A stretch of DNA of 64,000 bases from Thermoplasmatota archaeon (GCA_025457865.1 JALOTP010000005.1:5596-69595), one strand, 5' to 3'; counted from the stretch's first letter, positions 7,734-20,695 are shown. Translations and numbers: made by a program. Notes: a model not told the origin generated them from the sequence alone.

Positions 7734-8156
7734 ATGGTCGTGTTCAAGGACACTCTGGCCTTTCGAACAACAGGAGAAGGTATGATCCTCGATCTAACGG
7801 CCAGGGTAGAGGAATGCGTAGCAAGGTCCGGTATCGGCGATGGCATCGTCAGCTGTTTCGCGGAAGGGGCGACAGCGGCATTGACCGTTTTGGAGTTCGA
7901 AGATGGTCTATTGGAGGACCTCCCCGCCATGCTGGAACGCATTGCACCTAAGGGGATCGATTACGCTCACCACCGGACTTGGAACGATGGCAACGGCCAT
8001 TCCCACATTAGGGCCTCCCTTATTGGACCTGACATAACACTCCCGGTCCGCAACGGAACGATGGTCAGGGGAAAATGGCAGCATATCATCTTCCTGGAGC
8101 TGGATGTAAGGCCGACCAGGGATAGAAATGTACACCTCACGGTCTTGGGGGAGTGA
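7734..8156 (+). CDS. YjbQ/UPF0047 family protein (secondary thiamine-phosphate synthase-like)
   Basis: Family motifs are TAALTVLEFEDGLLEDL...HHRTWNDGNGHSHIRASLIGPDITLPV..G....GKWQHIIFLELD. I prefer ATG 7734 (140 aa) over the track start at 7701. Confidence 0.75.
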   Translation: MVVFKDTLAFRTTGEGMILDLTARVEECVARSGIGDGIVSCFAEGATAALTVLEFEDGLLEDLPAMLERIAPKGIDYAHHRTWNDGNGHSHIRASLIGPDITLPVRNGTMVRGKWQHIIFLELDVRPTRDRNVHLTVLGE

Positions 8157-8491
8157 ATGTCCCCGGGATATAACAAAAGCCATCATCGGCAGGCGGTCGC
8201 CCTCTCCGGGTTCTGACCCATCCCGGGGTTGTGTCCGATGCCTGGGTTGTCCTGAACCTCATCCCAGGACGTCACGTCCGAACGGTCGGCTAGGGACCCT
8301 TTAAGGCACCGTTGTTCTGTTGCCCCGGTATTGCCAGGGCGGATCATATATCACCGCCGTCTTCGAAGACCAGGGCGACCGGGCATTGATCGGGCCTTTA
8401 TATATCCCTTTGTGGAATAGACCCATCGAAACTATTGATGCGGACTAGATAATGATAAATAATCAATGATGTTAAGGGGGAAGGGAAACCG

Positions 8492-8911
8492 ATGACCCTC
8501 ACCGACAGGTTAAAGGAAAGCTGGAAGGAATTCTGGCAGAAGGACAAGAGGATCAAGCTCTTCACAATAGGTTTCACTGGTATGGTCCTTTTCCTTCTCG
8601 GTGGTTGGGAGCTTCTCTCATTCTTCGAGATCGACCCTTTCACGGATTACGAACCTCCCTTGTTGATCAAGATAGAGGAGTGGGGTTGGGCCCTTCTTGC
8701 GGTAGGGGGAATAATGATGATATTCGGATTCCTCTACTACCACGATTATAACAAGAGCTTCAAGAGGTACAACGAGCTCATGGATACCGATTCGAAGGCC
8801 CTTTTCATAAGGAACATAGAGGAGATAGAGCAGCTGGCACTGGAGCTAGGCCCCGATTTCGAAAGACGGGTCGTGGAGAGGCGCGAGAAGTTCAAGGTCA
8901 AGACGCGCTGA
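8492..8911 (+). CDS. Hypothetical membrane protein (two predicted TM helices)
   Basis: The 139-aa product has hydrophobic segments LFTIGFTGMVLFLLGGW and WGWALLAVGGIMMIFGFLYY. I recognise no family. Confidence 0.5.
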   Translation: MTLTDRLKESWKEFWQKDKRIKLFTIGFTGMVLFLLGGWELLSFFEIDPFTDYEPPLLIKIEEWGWALLAVGGIMMIFGFLYYHDYNKSFKRYNELMDTDSKALFIRNIEEIEQLALELGPDFERRVVERREKFKVKTR

Positions 8912-8943
8912 ACAAAAGGTTTTTTACCATGATCAAGTGATTT

Positions 8944-9340
8944 ATGGGTGGTGGTCCTATGGTCGCATACTGCAATGACTGCAATAGATATGTGAACCAA
9001 TACTGTGAGATATGCAGCGGTAACTTCGGTGTCCAGCTCTGCGACAGGTACGGATGCGGTGGCAAGATGCTCTGCCCGATATGCGGAGGGAACAACCTTT
9101 CCCAGAAGCGGGAACCCACGCCCGACCCCTATGATTTCAAGAGACAGAAGGACCGGCCCCTATCATCGCGGGGATCTCATTCCGATATCGAGGCTCGATA
9201 TTTTGCCGAAAAGAAACAGAAGGAGGAGGTTCCTGGTAAAGCCCTTCAGCCAATGAAGAAAGCTGAGAGGCACTGCCCGCTTTGCGGTTATGACCTCAAT
9301 GTATCATGGAAGTTCTGTCCTGAGTGCGGTGTGTCCCTGA

Positions 9341-9351
<11 letters not shown>
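8944..9351 (+). CDS. Zinc-ribbon protein with two Cys clusters
   Basis: The N-terminal cluster is [17 protein letters not shown]...CPICGG and the C-terminal cluster is CPLCGY...CPECG. The gene converges on the gyrA stop and overlaps it by 11 nt. Confidence 0.6.
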
Positions 9352-13934
<4,583 letters not shown>

Positions 13935-14014
13935 CTATTCCATATTCCTTCCTTGAACTCGCGCCCAGGTGCATCCCTTTTGCATTGGACCTTAATATGA
14001 TAATGAATGCGGGG

Positions 14015-14022
14015 TATATAAA
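14015..14022 (+). promoter_or_regulatory. TATA box (TATATAAA) for gltX in the gyrB/gltX divergent intergenic region
   Basis: It lies about 40 nt upstream of ATG 14059, implying a short leader or none. An alternating CG tract lies between the box and the start codon. Confidence 0.5.
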
Positions 14023-14058
14023 GCCATCGCGTGCGCGCGCGCGCGTTACTAGTATAAG

Positions 14059-15813
14059 ATGACGATCAAACACCCTGATAGTTTTAAATGGAGCTATCAC
14101 TTCACCCCGCCGATGCGGGACAGGATCAGAGCATATGCACTCCAGAATGCCGTTGAACATAAGGGCAGGGCAAGCATAGGACCGGTCATTGGTAAGGTCA
14201 TAGGAGCTATTCCCGAGCTTAAAACGGACCCTAAGGCCGCTTCTCTCCTTGTCAAGGAGATCGTTGACGAGGTCAACTCCCTCGGATTGGATGAACAAAT
14301 TAGGGCTTTGAACGAACTCGGCGCCCCTATCAAAGCTATGAAAAAGGAAAGGGGAGACCTGCTGCCTGACCTGGAGGGGGGCTTGGAGGGTAAAGTGGTC
14401 ATGAGGTTCGCTCCGGGCCCATCGGGTCCTCTGCATATAGGACATACGAGGGCTGCCATTCTTAACGATGAATATGTTAAAAGGTACAAGGGGCGCTTCA
14501 TTCTCCGTCTGGAAGATACGAACCCCGAAAAGCTAGAACCTGAAGCATATACAATGATCCCTGAGGATCTAGAATGGTTGGGGATAGAGGTCCATGAGTC
14601 CTTCGTCCAATCCGATAGAATGGAACTCTATTATGACGCTGTCAGGGAACTGATAAACGTAGGGGGGGCCTACGTCTGCACTTCCGACACCGAAGTTTGG
14701 AGGTCGCTCAAGGAGAGTGGACATCCTGTGGAAGACAGGGGTTTGCCCCCAGATGTCCATATGGACCGTTGGGATAAGATGCTTGATGGGACCTATAACG
14801 AGGGGGAGGCCTTCCTCGTTATCAAGACTGACCTAAACCACCCAAACCCTGCGGTCAGGGATTTTGTAGGGATGCGTCTCAGGGACGAACCCCATCCCCG
14901 AACGGGGAACCGTTACAGAGCGTATCCACTTTACAATCTCTCGGTAGCCTTCGATGACCATTTGATGGGTTGTACACACATCCTGAGGGGCAAGGACCAT
15001 CTGAACAATACCCTCAAGCAGGAATATATATACGATTATTTGGGGTGGAAAAGACCCCACTTCCTCCATTACGGCCTGGTCAGCATTCCGGATACGCTCC
15101 TGAAGAAATCCCTCATTGCTCAGGAAAGGAGAGAGGGAAGGATAGAAGGCTGGGACGATATCCGTCTCGGAACCCTTCGGGCATTGAAGGCCCGTGGTTT
15201 CGACCCTCTATCATTGAGACGCTACTGGCTCGATGTGGGTATAAAACCTGTCGATATTAACTTCTCCTGGGAGACCCTCAGCGCAATCAATAAGGTGGTC
15301 ATTGACGATAGGACAAATAGATACTTCTTCGTGGGATCGCCCAGACTCCTGTCCGTTGCTGTCGATAGGCCCCTTGAGGCCTCCATACCGCTCCATCCAG
15401 AGCATCCCGAGAGAGGTGCCAGGAAGTACAAGCTTGACCCTATCAATGGGAAGATAATGGTCCTAGTTGCCGAAAAGGACCTGAAAGAGCAGAAGAAGGG
15501 GGTTGTCTTCAGGTTGAAGGACCTATGCAACATCATCCTCGAAACGGATGGGGGATCAGAAGCTTCCTATGCTGGCCAGGACCTCTCGAGCGTCAAAGGG
15601 GAGCGGGGACGGATAATCCAATGGTGCCTTCCGGGCTCTCCTAGATGCACTATATTATACCCTGAAGATAATATGGGGCCAAATGAAGGGGTCGCTGAGG
15701 GGTTTGTCGTAGAGGAGGGGAGAAAGGGCTCCCTTGTGCAGTTCGAAAGGGTGGGTTTCTGCAAGGTCTGGCTTAAGGGTGAAGAGCTCTATGCCAACTA
15801 CGGTCACAAATGA
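14059..15813 (+). CDS. gltX: Glutamyl-tRNA synthetase, archaeal type
   Basis: The 584-aa product has RFAPGPSGPLHIGHTRAAILN (the HIGH motif), FILRLEDTNPE and LLKKS (KMSKS-like). Confidence 0.9.
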   Translation: MTIKHPDSFKWSYHFTPPMRDRIRAYALQNAVEHKGRASIGPVIGKVIGAIPELKTDPKAASLLVKEIVDEVNSLGLDEQIRALNELGAPIKAMKKERGDLLPDLEGGLEGKVVMRFAPGPSGPLHIGHTRAAILNDEYVKRYKGRFILRLEDTNPEKLEPEAYTMIPEDLEWLGIEVHESFVQSDRMELYYDAVRELINVGGAYVCTSDTEVWRSLKESGHPVEDRGLPPDVHMDRWDKMLDGTYNEGEAFLVIKTDLNHPNPAVRDFVGMRLRDEPHPRTGNRYRAYPLYNLSVAFDDHLMGCTHILRGKDHLNNTLKQEYIYDYLGWKRPHFLHYGLVSIPDTLLKKSLIAQERREGRIEGWDDIRLGTLRALKARGFDPLSLRRYWLDVGIKPVDINFSWETLSAINKVVIDDRTNRYFFVGSPRLLSVAVDRPLEASIPLHPEHPERGARKYKLDPINGKIMVLVAEKDLKEQKKGVVFRLKDLCNIILETDGGSEASYAGQDLSSVKGERGRIIQWCLPGSPRCTILYPEDNMGPNEGVAEGFVVEEGRKGSLVQFERVGFCKVWLKGEELYANYGHK

Positions 15814-16008
15814 TGTCCTTTTAGAGGAAATCCATGGGACATCCCTTCTACGGGATTATATCCTTCCAGCAAGGATTCTAACATATGGAGCGCAAGGTCC
15901 CATCGATACCCTTGGATTTCGATTTCATAGAGCTGGTCAGGAAAGCCTCCCTGGTCAGGAAGGGACTGCTTGACGACCTTGATCTGAAGTAGGTCCCAAC
16001 CTCAAGAA

Positions 16009-16902
16009 ATGGTCTCCCCCGACCCCCACCAATGGAAACCATTATTCCATAGAAGGGCTGTTATCTACTGGATGGACCAGATGGAGTTGCTCTTCCAGAT
16101 ATCCAGTAAGGTGCTGAGGGATGCCACTGCTTTAAAATTGAACGGACGGACAGATGGGGGAGAGGGGTCGGACCTTCGGGTCCCGGGGTCCACCCCGCAG
16201 GATAATATTCTGGAATCCTCAATAATAGAGCTGGTGAGGGAACGGTCCACCGGTTGGGGTGTCATTTCCGAAGAGGGACTGCTTGAGAAGGGGGATGGAA
16301 CCACGGTGCTTTACATGGACCCCCTTGATGGAAGCTACAATGCTGTCAACCAGATACCATTCTTCTCCACCTCCCTTGCTCTCTTCGATGTTGGGTCCGA
16401 GGAGGTTACACATGCAATGGTCATTGAGATCCCAACCGGAAGGATCTATCATAGCATGCTCGGTTCCGGGACCTACATGGACAATATCAGGCTCCATACC
16501 AGGGACCGCGATTTGAAAGATGCTGCACTATCTGTCTATATAGGGTCCGAGAGCATCACACAAATAGAGGGGATTGTCAACGGTGTTAGGAGGATCAGGT
16601 ACCTGGGATGCGATTCCCTGGAGATGTGCTCTGTCGCCCAGGGATCGCTGGACGGTACACTATACTTCGGGCGGATACCAAGGAAGACCGATATTGCCGC
16701 CTCGATGCTTATCGTAAGAGAATCCGGAGGGGAGGTGTTCTCGGTCCTGAAAGAGGGGGGGAGCAAGACCTGCAGGCTTGGTGACCCGTGGGGGGACTTG
16801 AAAGGGATCGTCTCACTAGGAAGGCCTGCGAACATTCAAATGCTCCTTCCCCTTTATTGCGGGCTATCACAGGGAATAAACGCGGGGGATGATAGCACAT
16901 GA
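16009..16902 (+). CDS. Inositol-monophosphatase family protein (candidate NADP phosphatase)
   Basis: Motifs are WGVISEEG, LYMDPLDGSYNA and a C-terminal IMPase-fold region. The likely true start is ATG 16072 (MDQMELLF...). The stop overlaps the nadK start by 4 nt. Confidence 0.8.
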   Translation: MVSPDPHQWKPLFHRRAVIYWMDQMELLFQISSKVLRDATALKLNGRTDGGEGSDLRVPGSTPQDNILESSIIELVRERSTGWGVISEEGLLEKGDGTTVLYMDPLDGSYNAVNQIPFFSTSLALFDVGSEEVTHAMVIEIPTGRIYHSMLGSGTYMDNIRLHTRDRDLKDAALSVYIGSESITQIEGIVNGVRRIRYLGCDSLEMCSVAQGSLDGTLYFGRIPRKTDIAASMLIVRESGGEVFSVLKEGGSKTCRLGDPWGDLKGIVSLGRPANIQMLLPLYCGLSQGINAGDDST

Positions 16903-17762
16903 GGATCGGTGTGGTGGCCCACCCCAGGAAGAACATTGCCCGACTAACGAAGATGGAGATAATCAAGGAAACAGCCTTTTTAGTCTCGCAAGGGGCGGAT
17001 ATCGAGCTTGTGGTAGAGGAGGGGCTATCCAGAGGACGCGATTTCACCGGAATCCGTTACCAATGTGTAAGGGATATGGATGTGGACCTTGTGATCTGTA
17101 TCGGCGGGGATGGTACGATCCTCAGGACCATGCAATTAACGTCCGTACCAGTCCTGGGTTTGAACGCCGGCTCGCTTGGTTTCCTCATGGAACCTTACCC
17201 TTCCAATATCAGAGCGCTATTGGAAGACCTCCTTAACGATCGATTCATTGTCGAAGAGCGCACCAAACTATCAACTGTTTTGAACGATGAACGGCTGCCG
17301 GACGCGGTCAATGAAGCTGTCGTTATGACCGGAACTCCGTCAAAGATCCAAGACCTCGTGATAAGCATAAATGGTGAACAGGGACTGGCAATGAGGGCGG
17401 ACGGTGTTATTGTTTCGACACCAACAGGGTCGACAAGCTATGCTTTGTCCGCAGGTGGGTCCATAATCGACCCACGATTGCCAGCGTTAGAGATCGTCCC
17501 CATTGCGCCGTTCAGGGTAAATATCCGGCCCCTTACAGTTCCTGACAATTTTAAGATAGACCTCAAGGTCATACATAGGTCTAGGTCGGCAATCATCTCC
17601 ATCGATGGGAATTATAAAAGGAGGATAAATTACAGGGATCGCCTCTCGTTCACTCGTTCGGGGTCTCCTGCGCGTTTTATCAGGTTCGAGGGTGGTTTTT
17701 ACAAGCGATTGAACGAAAAAATCCTGAACTATGTCCATTCCCCGAAGGAAACTTTGATATAA
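16899..17762 (+). CDS. nadK: NAD kinase
   Basis: The 287-aa product has DLVICIGGDGTILRT, NEAVV and ADGVIVSTPTGSTSYALSAGGSIIDP. Confidence 0.9.
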   Translation: MRIGVVAHPRKNIARLTKMEIIKETAFLVSQGADIELVVEEGLSRGRDFTGIRYQCVRDMDVDLVICIGGDGTILRTMQLTSVPVLGLNAGSLGFLMEPYPSNIRALLEDLLNDRFIVEERTKLSTVLNDERLPDAVNEAVVMTGTPSKIQDLVISINGEQGLAMRADGVIVSTPTGSTSYALSAGGSIIDPRLPALEIVPIAPFRVNIRPLTVPDNFKIDLKVIHRSRSAIISIDGNYKRRINYRDRLSFTRSGSPARFIRFEGGFYKRLNEKILNYVHSPKETLI

Positions 17763-17782
17763 TAACGAAACATTACAACTGA

Positions 17783-18583
17783 TTGTTGTATAGTAAAACT
17801 GGACAAGAATCTCAAAATGACCTTGATGTGATACTCTCTGTTCTGGAGAATCCCATCAGAAGGCGGATACTACGTAAGTTGGCCCATGAGAATAATTACC
17901 CTCTTCAGCTCTCAAAAGAACTTAATGTCAGTCAGCAGGCCGTTATGAAGCACCTGAAGGTCCTTGAAGAGAGCGATTTCGTCGTATCTTACGATGAACC
18001 TTCCAAAAAGGGTGGTCCTCCCAGACGGGTCTTTACTCCTAGGAAGAGATACTGTATTCGGATCGACATTGGCCCGAACACCTATAGCGAAGAGATACAA
18101 TCTTACAAGAACTATGATATCGGAAAGGAAGACACGGACCATGAAGGGGTAATTGACCAACTTAAAATCGAGATCTCGGGCAAGGTCACTGGGGAGATGA
18201 GGTCCGAGATAGCTGGAACTCTTCCCGCCTTCATAGATCCCAAGCTCGAGACCATACGACTCCATCTTGAAAGAGTGATCAAAGAAGAGAATAGGAGAAG
18301 CAAGTTCCTTGACCTTTCTAACCTTTTAATCGCTTGTGATCGGGAGATCACTCAACTTGAGGATAGAAGGAGACGCTTGATAGCACTTAGGGAGAGGGCA
18401 AATGAAGAAGCTAACGTCCTTATAAGCAATATTTCCGATGATCCTTTGGATAAAGAGGTCCTCCTGCATCTCTTAAAAAACAAGGATTTGGATATAGCTA
18501 GGTTATCTGATATAATTGGAGCAGATGAAAAAGCTCTGGAATCCCTTTTTAAAGCGGTAAAGAAAAGACATTTTTTATTATAG
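17783..18583 (+). CDS. ArsR-like winged-helix transcriptional regulator with a long C-terminal coiled-coil region
   Basis: ILSVLENPIRRRILRKLAHENNYPLQLSKELNVSQQAVMKHLKVLEE is an ArsR/SmtB-type HTH. The start is non-ATG, either TTG 17783 or GTG 17828. Confidence 0.7.
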   Translation: MLYSKTGQESQNDLDVILSVLENPIRRRILRKLAHENNYPLQLSKELNVSQQAVMKHLKVLEESDFVVSYDEPSKKGGPPRRVFTPRKRYCIRIDIGPNTYSEEIQSYKNYDIGKEDTDHEGVIDQLKIEISGKVTGEMRSEIAGTLPAFIDPKLETIRLHLERVIKEENRRSKFLDLSNLLIACDREITQLEDRRRRLIALRERANEEANVLISNISDDPLDKEVLLHLLKNKDLDIARLSDIIGADEKALESLFKAVKKRHFLL

Positions 18584-18740
18584 GGAAAAATAACCCCCCC
18601 CCATAATTGCTAATGGAACTATCGTGAACACATTAAAAGATTATGTTGAACATGATTTGAGGAAGAACACATACTGTCGGTTATGATTTGACGGAGGAAT
18701 CATGCAATATCTAAAGAACGCACTTTACCAATGGAGATAT

Positions 18741-18880
18741 GATAGTTATAATAATAATAATATATAAATATATCTATATATATATATATATAAATATTAT
18801 TAGTATAAATATTCATCTGTTTATTTAAATACAATATTAATTAATTAAAAAATAAATACGTATAAATCAACAAAATACAA
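18741..18880. other. Extreme AT-rich tract (about 9 percent G+C by manual count) including (TA)9 and (ATA)n microsatellites; a candidate DNA-unwinding element
   Basis: I counted 13 G/C in 140 nt, whereas the surrounding genes are clearly above 50 percent G+C. The (TA)9 run is at 18775..18792. Confidence 0.6.
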
Positions 18881-18951
18881 GTTCCAATGGAAATGGTTGG
18901 GTCTCTCTCTTATTAAACATCCTTTTCATCCTTGGATCATTCAAAATATAA

Positions 18952-20109
18952 TTATTGACCGTTATTCTTTTTTATTATATAATCATATTTAATTAAAAGA
19001 TCACAATTGATAACATCCCAAGACCTCGTTTTTGAGAATTCAATGGCATTATTCTTTAATTCGTATCGTAATGTTAGATCATTAAGCAATCTTTTACAAT
19101 TCTCAACGAACGAATCCACATCATCAGATATCGATACCAACCCCCCCTTCGATCCGTTAACCAATTCTTGGCATCCTCCTTTATCCGAAACGATGCATGG
19201 AAGCCCCGAGGCCATAGCTTCCAATACTACATTTCCAAATGTTTCTGTGGTAGATGGGAACAGAAAGATGTCAGAACTAGCATACGCCTCATAAAGGTCC
19301 ACCCCGGTCAGGTACCCCGGAAAGACGGCTTCCGGCATTCTTTCCTTCAAACGATGCTCTTCAGGACCCGATCCGATCACAAGGAACTTTATCTGCATCC
19401 CATACTCTCTCATCATCCTTTCATATGTGGATATCAGAACATCCAATCCCTTATAATGAACGAACCGACCCGAGAAGAGATAGACAACTTCGTTTCCGAT
19501 GCCGTGCTTTTTTCTGAAATCGGATGACCTGTTCGATGGATTGTACCTCTCGTTGTGGATCCCACGGGACCAGAGGCCTGTTCTCTTGACCCCCCTTTCC
19601 TTCAACATTGCTTCTATTTTTTTTGTAGGCGCCAGTACAATATCACAAGCATTGTAGAAATGCTTGAGATAGGACCATAGCAATGGTTTGAGAAAACCTA
19701 CATGATAATACCTCATGTAGGATGGGAAGTCGGTATGGAAAACGCTTGAAACAGGTAATTTCCTCTTTCTACCGTACCGTAAGAATCCCAGACCGGCTAT
19801 GTCAGGGGTCGAAATATGAATGATGTCCGGATCGAATTCATCGAGTTCTTTGGCATTCCTCGGTCGAAAAAAACCGAACCTGTACGCGGGATAGGCGAAC
19901 ACTGGCAACGATGGTGTGATATTCACCCTATGTTCCTTCGCCACATCCTCTGGGACATCCGAGGACCAGATGGCCATCTCATGTCCTTCCTTAGAGATGG
20001 TGCTAACGAGCTCATGTAGGGTCTTTGCTACCCCATCTTTGTTCGGGACGAACGTTGCTGCATATATTGCAATACGCAAGTAGTAACCATCCTGAAGAAC
20101 ATAACTCAA
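18952..20109 (-). CDS. Glycosyltransferase family 4 (GT-B)
   Basis: The 385-aa product has FPSTTETFGNVVLEAMASGLPCIVSDKGG, the E-x7-E signature. The gene is visibly AT-rich relative to its flanks. Confidence 0.85.
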   Translation of the reverse strand: MSYVLQDGYYLRIAIYAATFVPNKDGVAKTLHELVSTISKEGHEMAIWSSDVPEDVAKEHRVNITPSLPVFAYPAYRFGFFRPRNAKELDEFDPDIIHISTPDIAGLGFLRYGRKRKLPVSSVFHTDFPSYMRYYHVGFLKPLLWSYLKHFYNACDIVLAPTKKIEAMLKERGVKRTGLWSRGIHNERYNPSNRSSDFRKKHGIGNEVVYLFSGRFVHYKGLDVLISTYERMMREYGMQIKFLVIGSGPEEHRLKERMPEAVFPGYLTGVDLYEAYASSDIFLFPSTTETFGNVVLEAMASGLPCIVSDKGGCQELVNGSKGGLVSISDDVDSFVENCKRLLNDLTLRYELKNNAIEFSKTRSWDVINCDLLIKYDYIIKKNNGQ

Positions 20110-20245
20110 TGAACCTAATTAACAATTCCCGTTGATAATCATAGATGAGTTAAATAAGGTTATAGTTGAGAGAAAATTGCCGCGTTACTTATGAACCATA
20201 TGGCCCATATCCAGGATGGGGTAGACAATACAGATGAAAAAAGAA

Positions 20246-20321
20246 TGGTGCGGATGCCGGGATTTGAACCCGAGCAAGTAGCTTGGGAAGCTACGGTCCT
20301 ACCGGGCTAGACCACATCCGC
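20246..20321 (-). tRNA. tRNA-Gly (anticodon CCC) with encoded CCA
   Basis: The reverse complement reads GCGGATGTGGTCTAGCCCGGTAGGACCGTAGCTTCCCAAGCTACTTGCTCGGGTTCAAATCCCGGCATCCGCACCA. The acceptor is GCGGATG/CATCCGC. Anticodon stem GTAGC/GCTAC encloses loop TTCCCAA. Confidence 0.9.
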
Positions 20322-20371
20322 TTGGATCAAAGGCCACAATATGGGAGTATCATATATCCTTTTCTGGTCCT

Positions 20372-20695
20372 CTATACCCCCTCATCTCCTTGTGCCTTCT
20401 GCTTGAGCCTTTTCAATCTCTCCTTTGAGGTGAATCCCGTCGCCTCTTCCAGGAACATGTTCCTTTTCTTCATTGTGTCTAGGACCATTTCTTCTGGTAT
20501 CTTGACCGTAACGATCTCAACTGCAAGCTCTTTCTTCGAAACCATCTTGGCCCTGATAGGTTGCATGGCACCGTATCGAGATATGCGCCAACCGTCAGCG
20601 ACCTCACAGTTACCGAAGACGGTCATCATAAGCAGATTGAGCCGATCTCCTTCGACCTTGGAATGGTTCCCCCTTTTAATGTCATAATTCTCCAT
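20372..20695 (-). CDS. Hypothetical protein (107 aa)
   Basis: I prefer this ORF over the overlapping plus-strand ORF 20283..20687, which has a low-complexity product and overlaps the tRNA. I recognise no family. Confidence 0.4.
   Translation of the reverse strand: MENYDIKRGNHSKVEGDRLNLLMMTVFGNCEVADGWRISRYGAMQPIRAKMVSKKELAVEIVTVKIPEEMVLDTMKKRNMFLEEATGFTSKERLKRLKQKAQGDEGV

Noticed and set aside
8161-8400. Assignment of the GC-rich ORF-free region as SRP (7S) RNA or RNase P RNA
   Set aside because: I could not find the helix-8 GNAR-tetraloop and AGCA context of SRP RNA or the GAGGAAAGUCC-type CR-I of RNase P. The structured part is also only about 190 nt. It is kept as an unassigned ncRNA candidate instead.
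15885-15992. 35-aa ORF (MERKVPSIPLDFDFIELVRKASLVRKGLLDDLDLK) upstream of the IMPase gene, considered as a frameshifted IMPase N-terminus
   Set aside because: It is in a different frame from the IMPase ORF, which already has a plausible N-terminal helix starting at ATG 16072. I found no evidence for a frameshift, and the ORF is too short to judge.
18750-18792. Short tandem repeats, (ATA)n and (TA)9, considered as a possible CRISPR or minisatellite array
   Set aside because: These are simple microsatellites with no spacer structure and no repeat unit longer than 3 nt.
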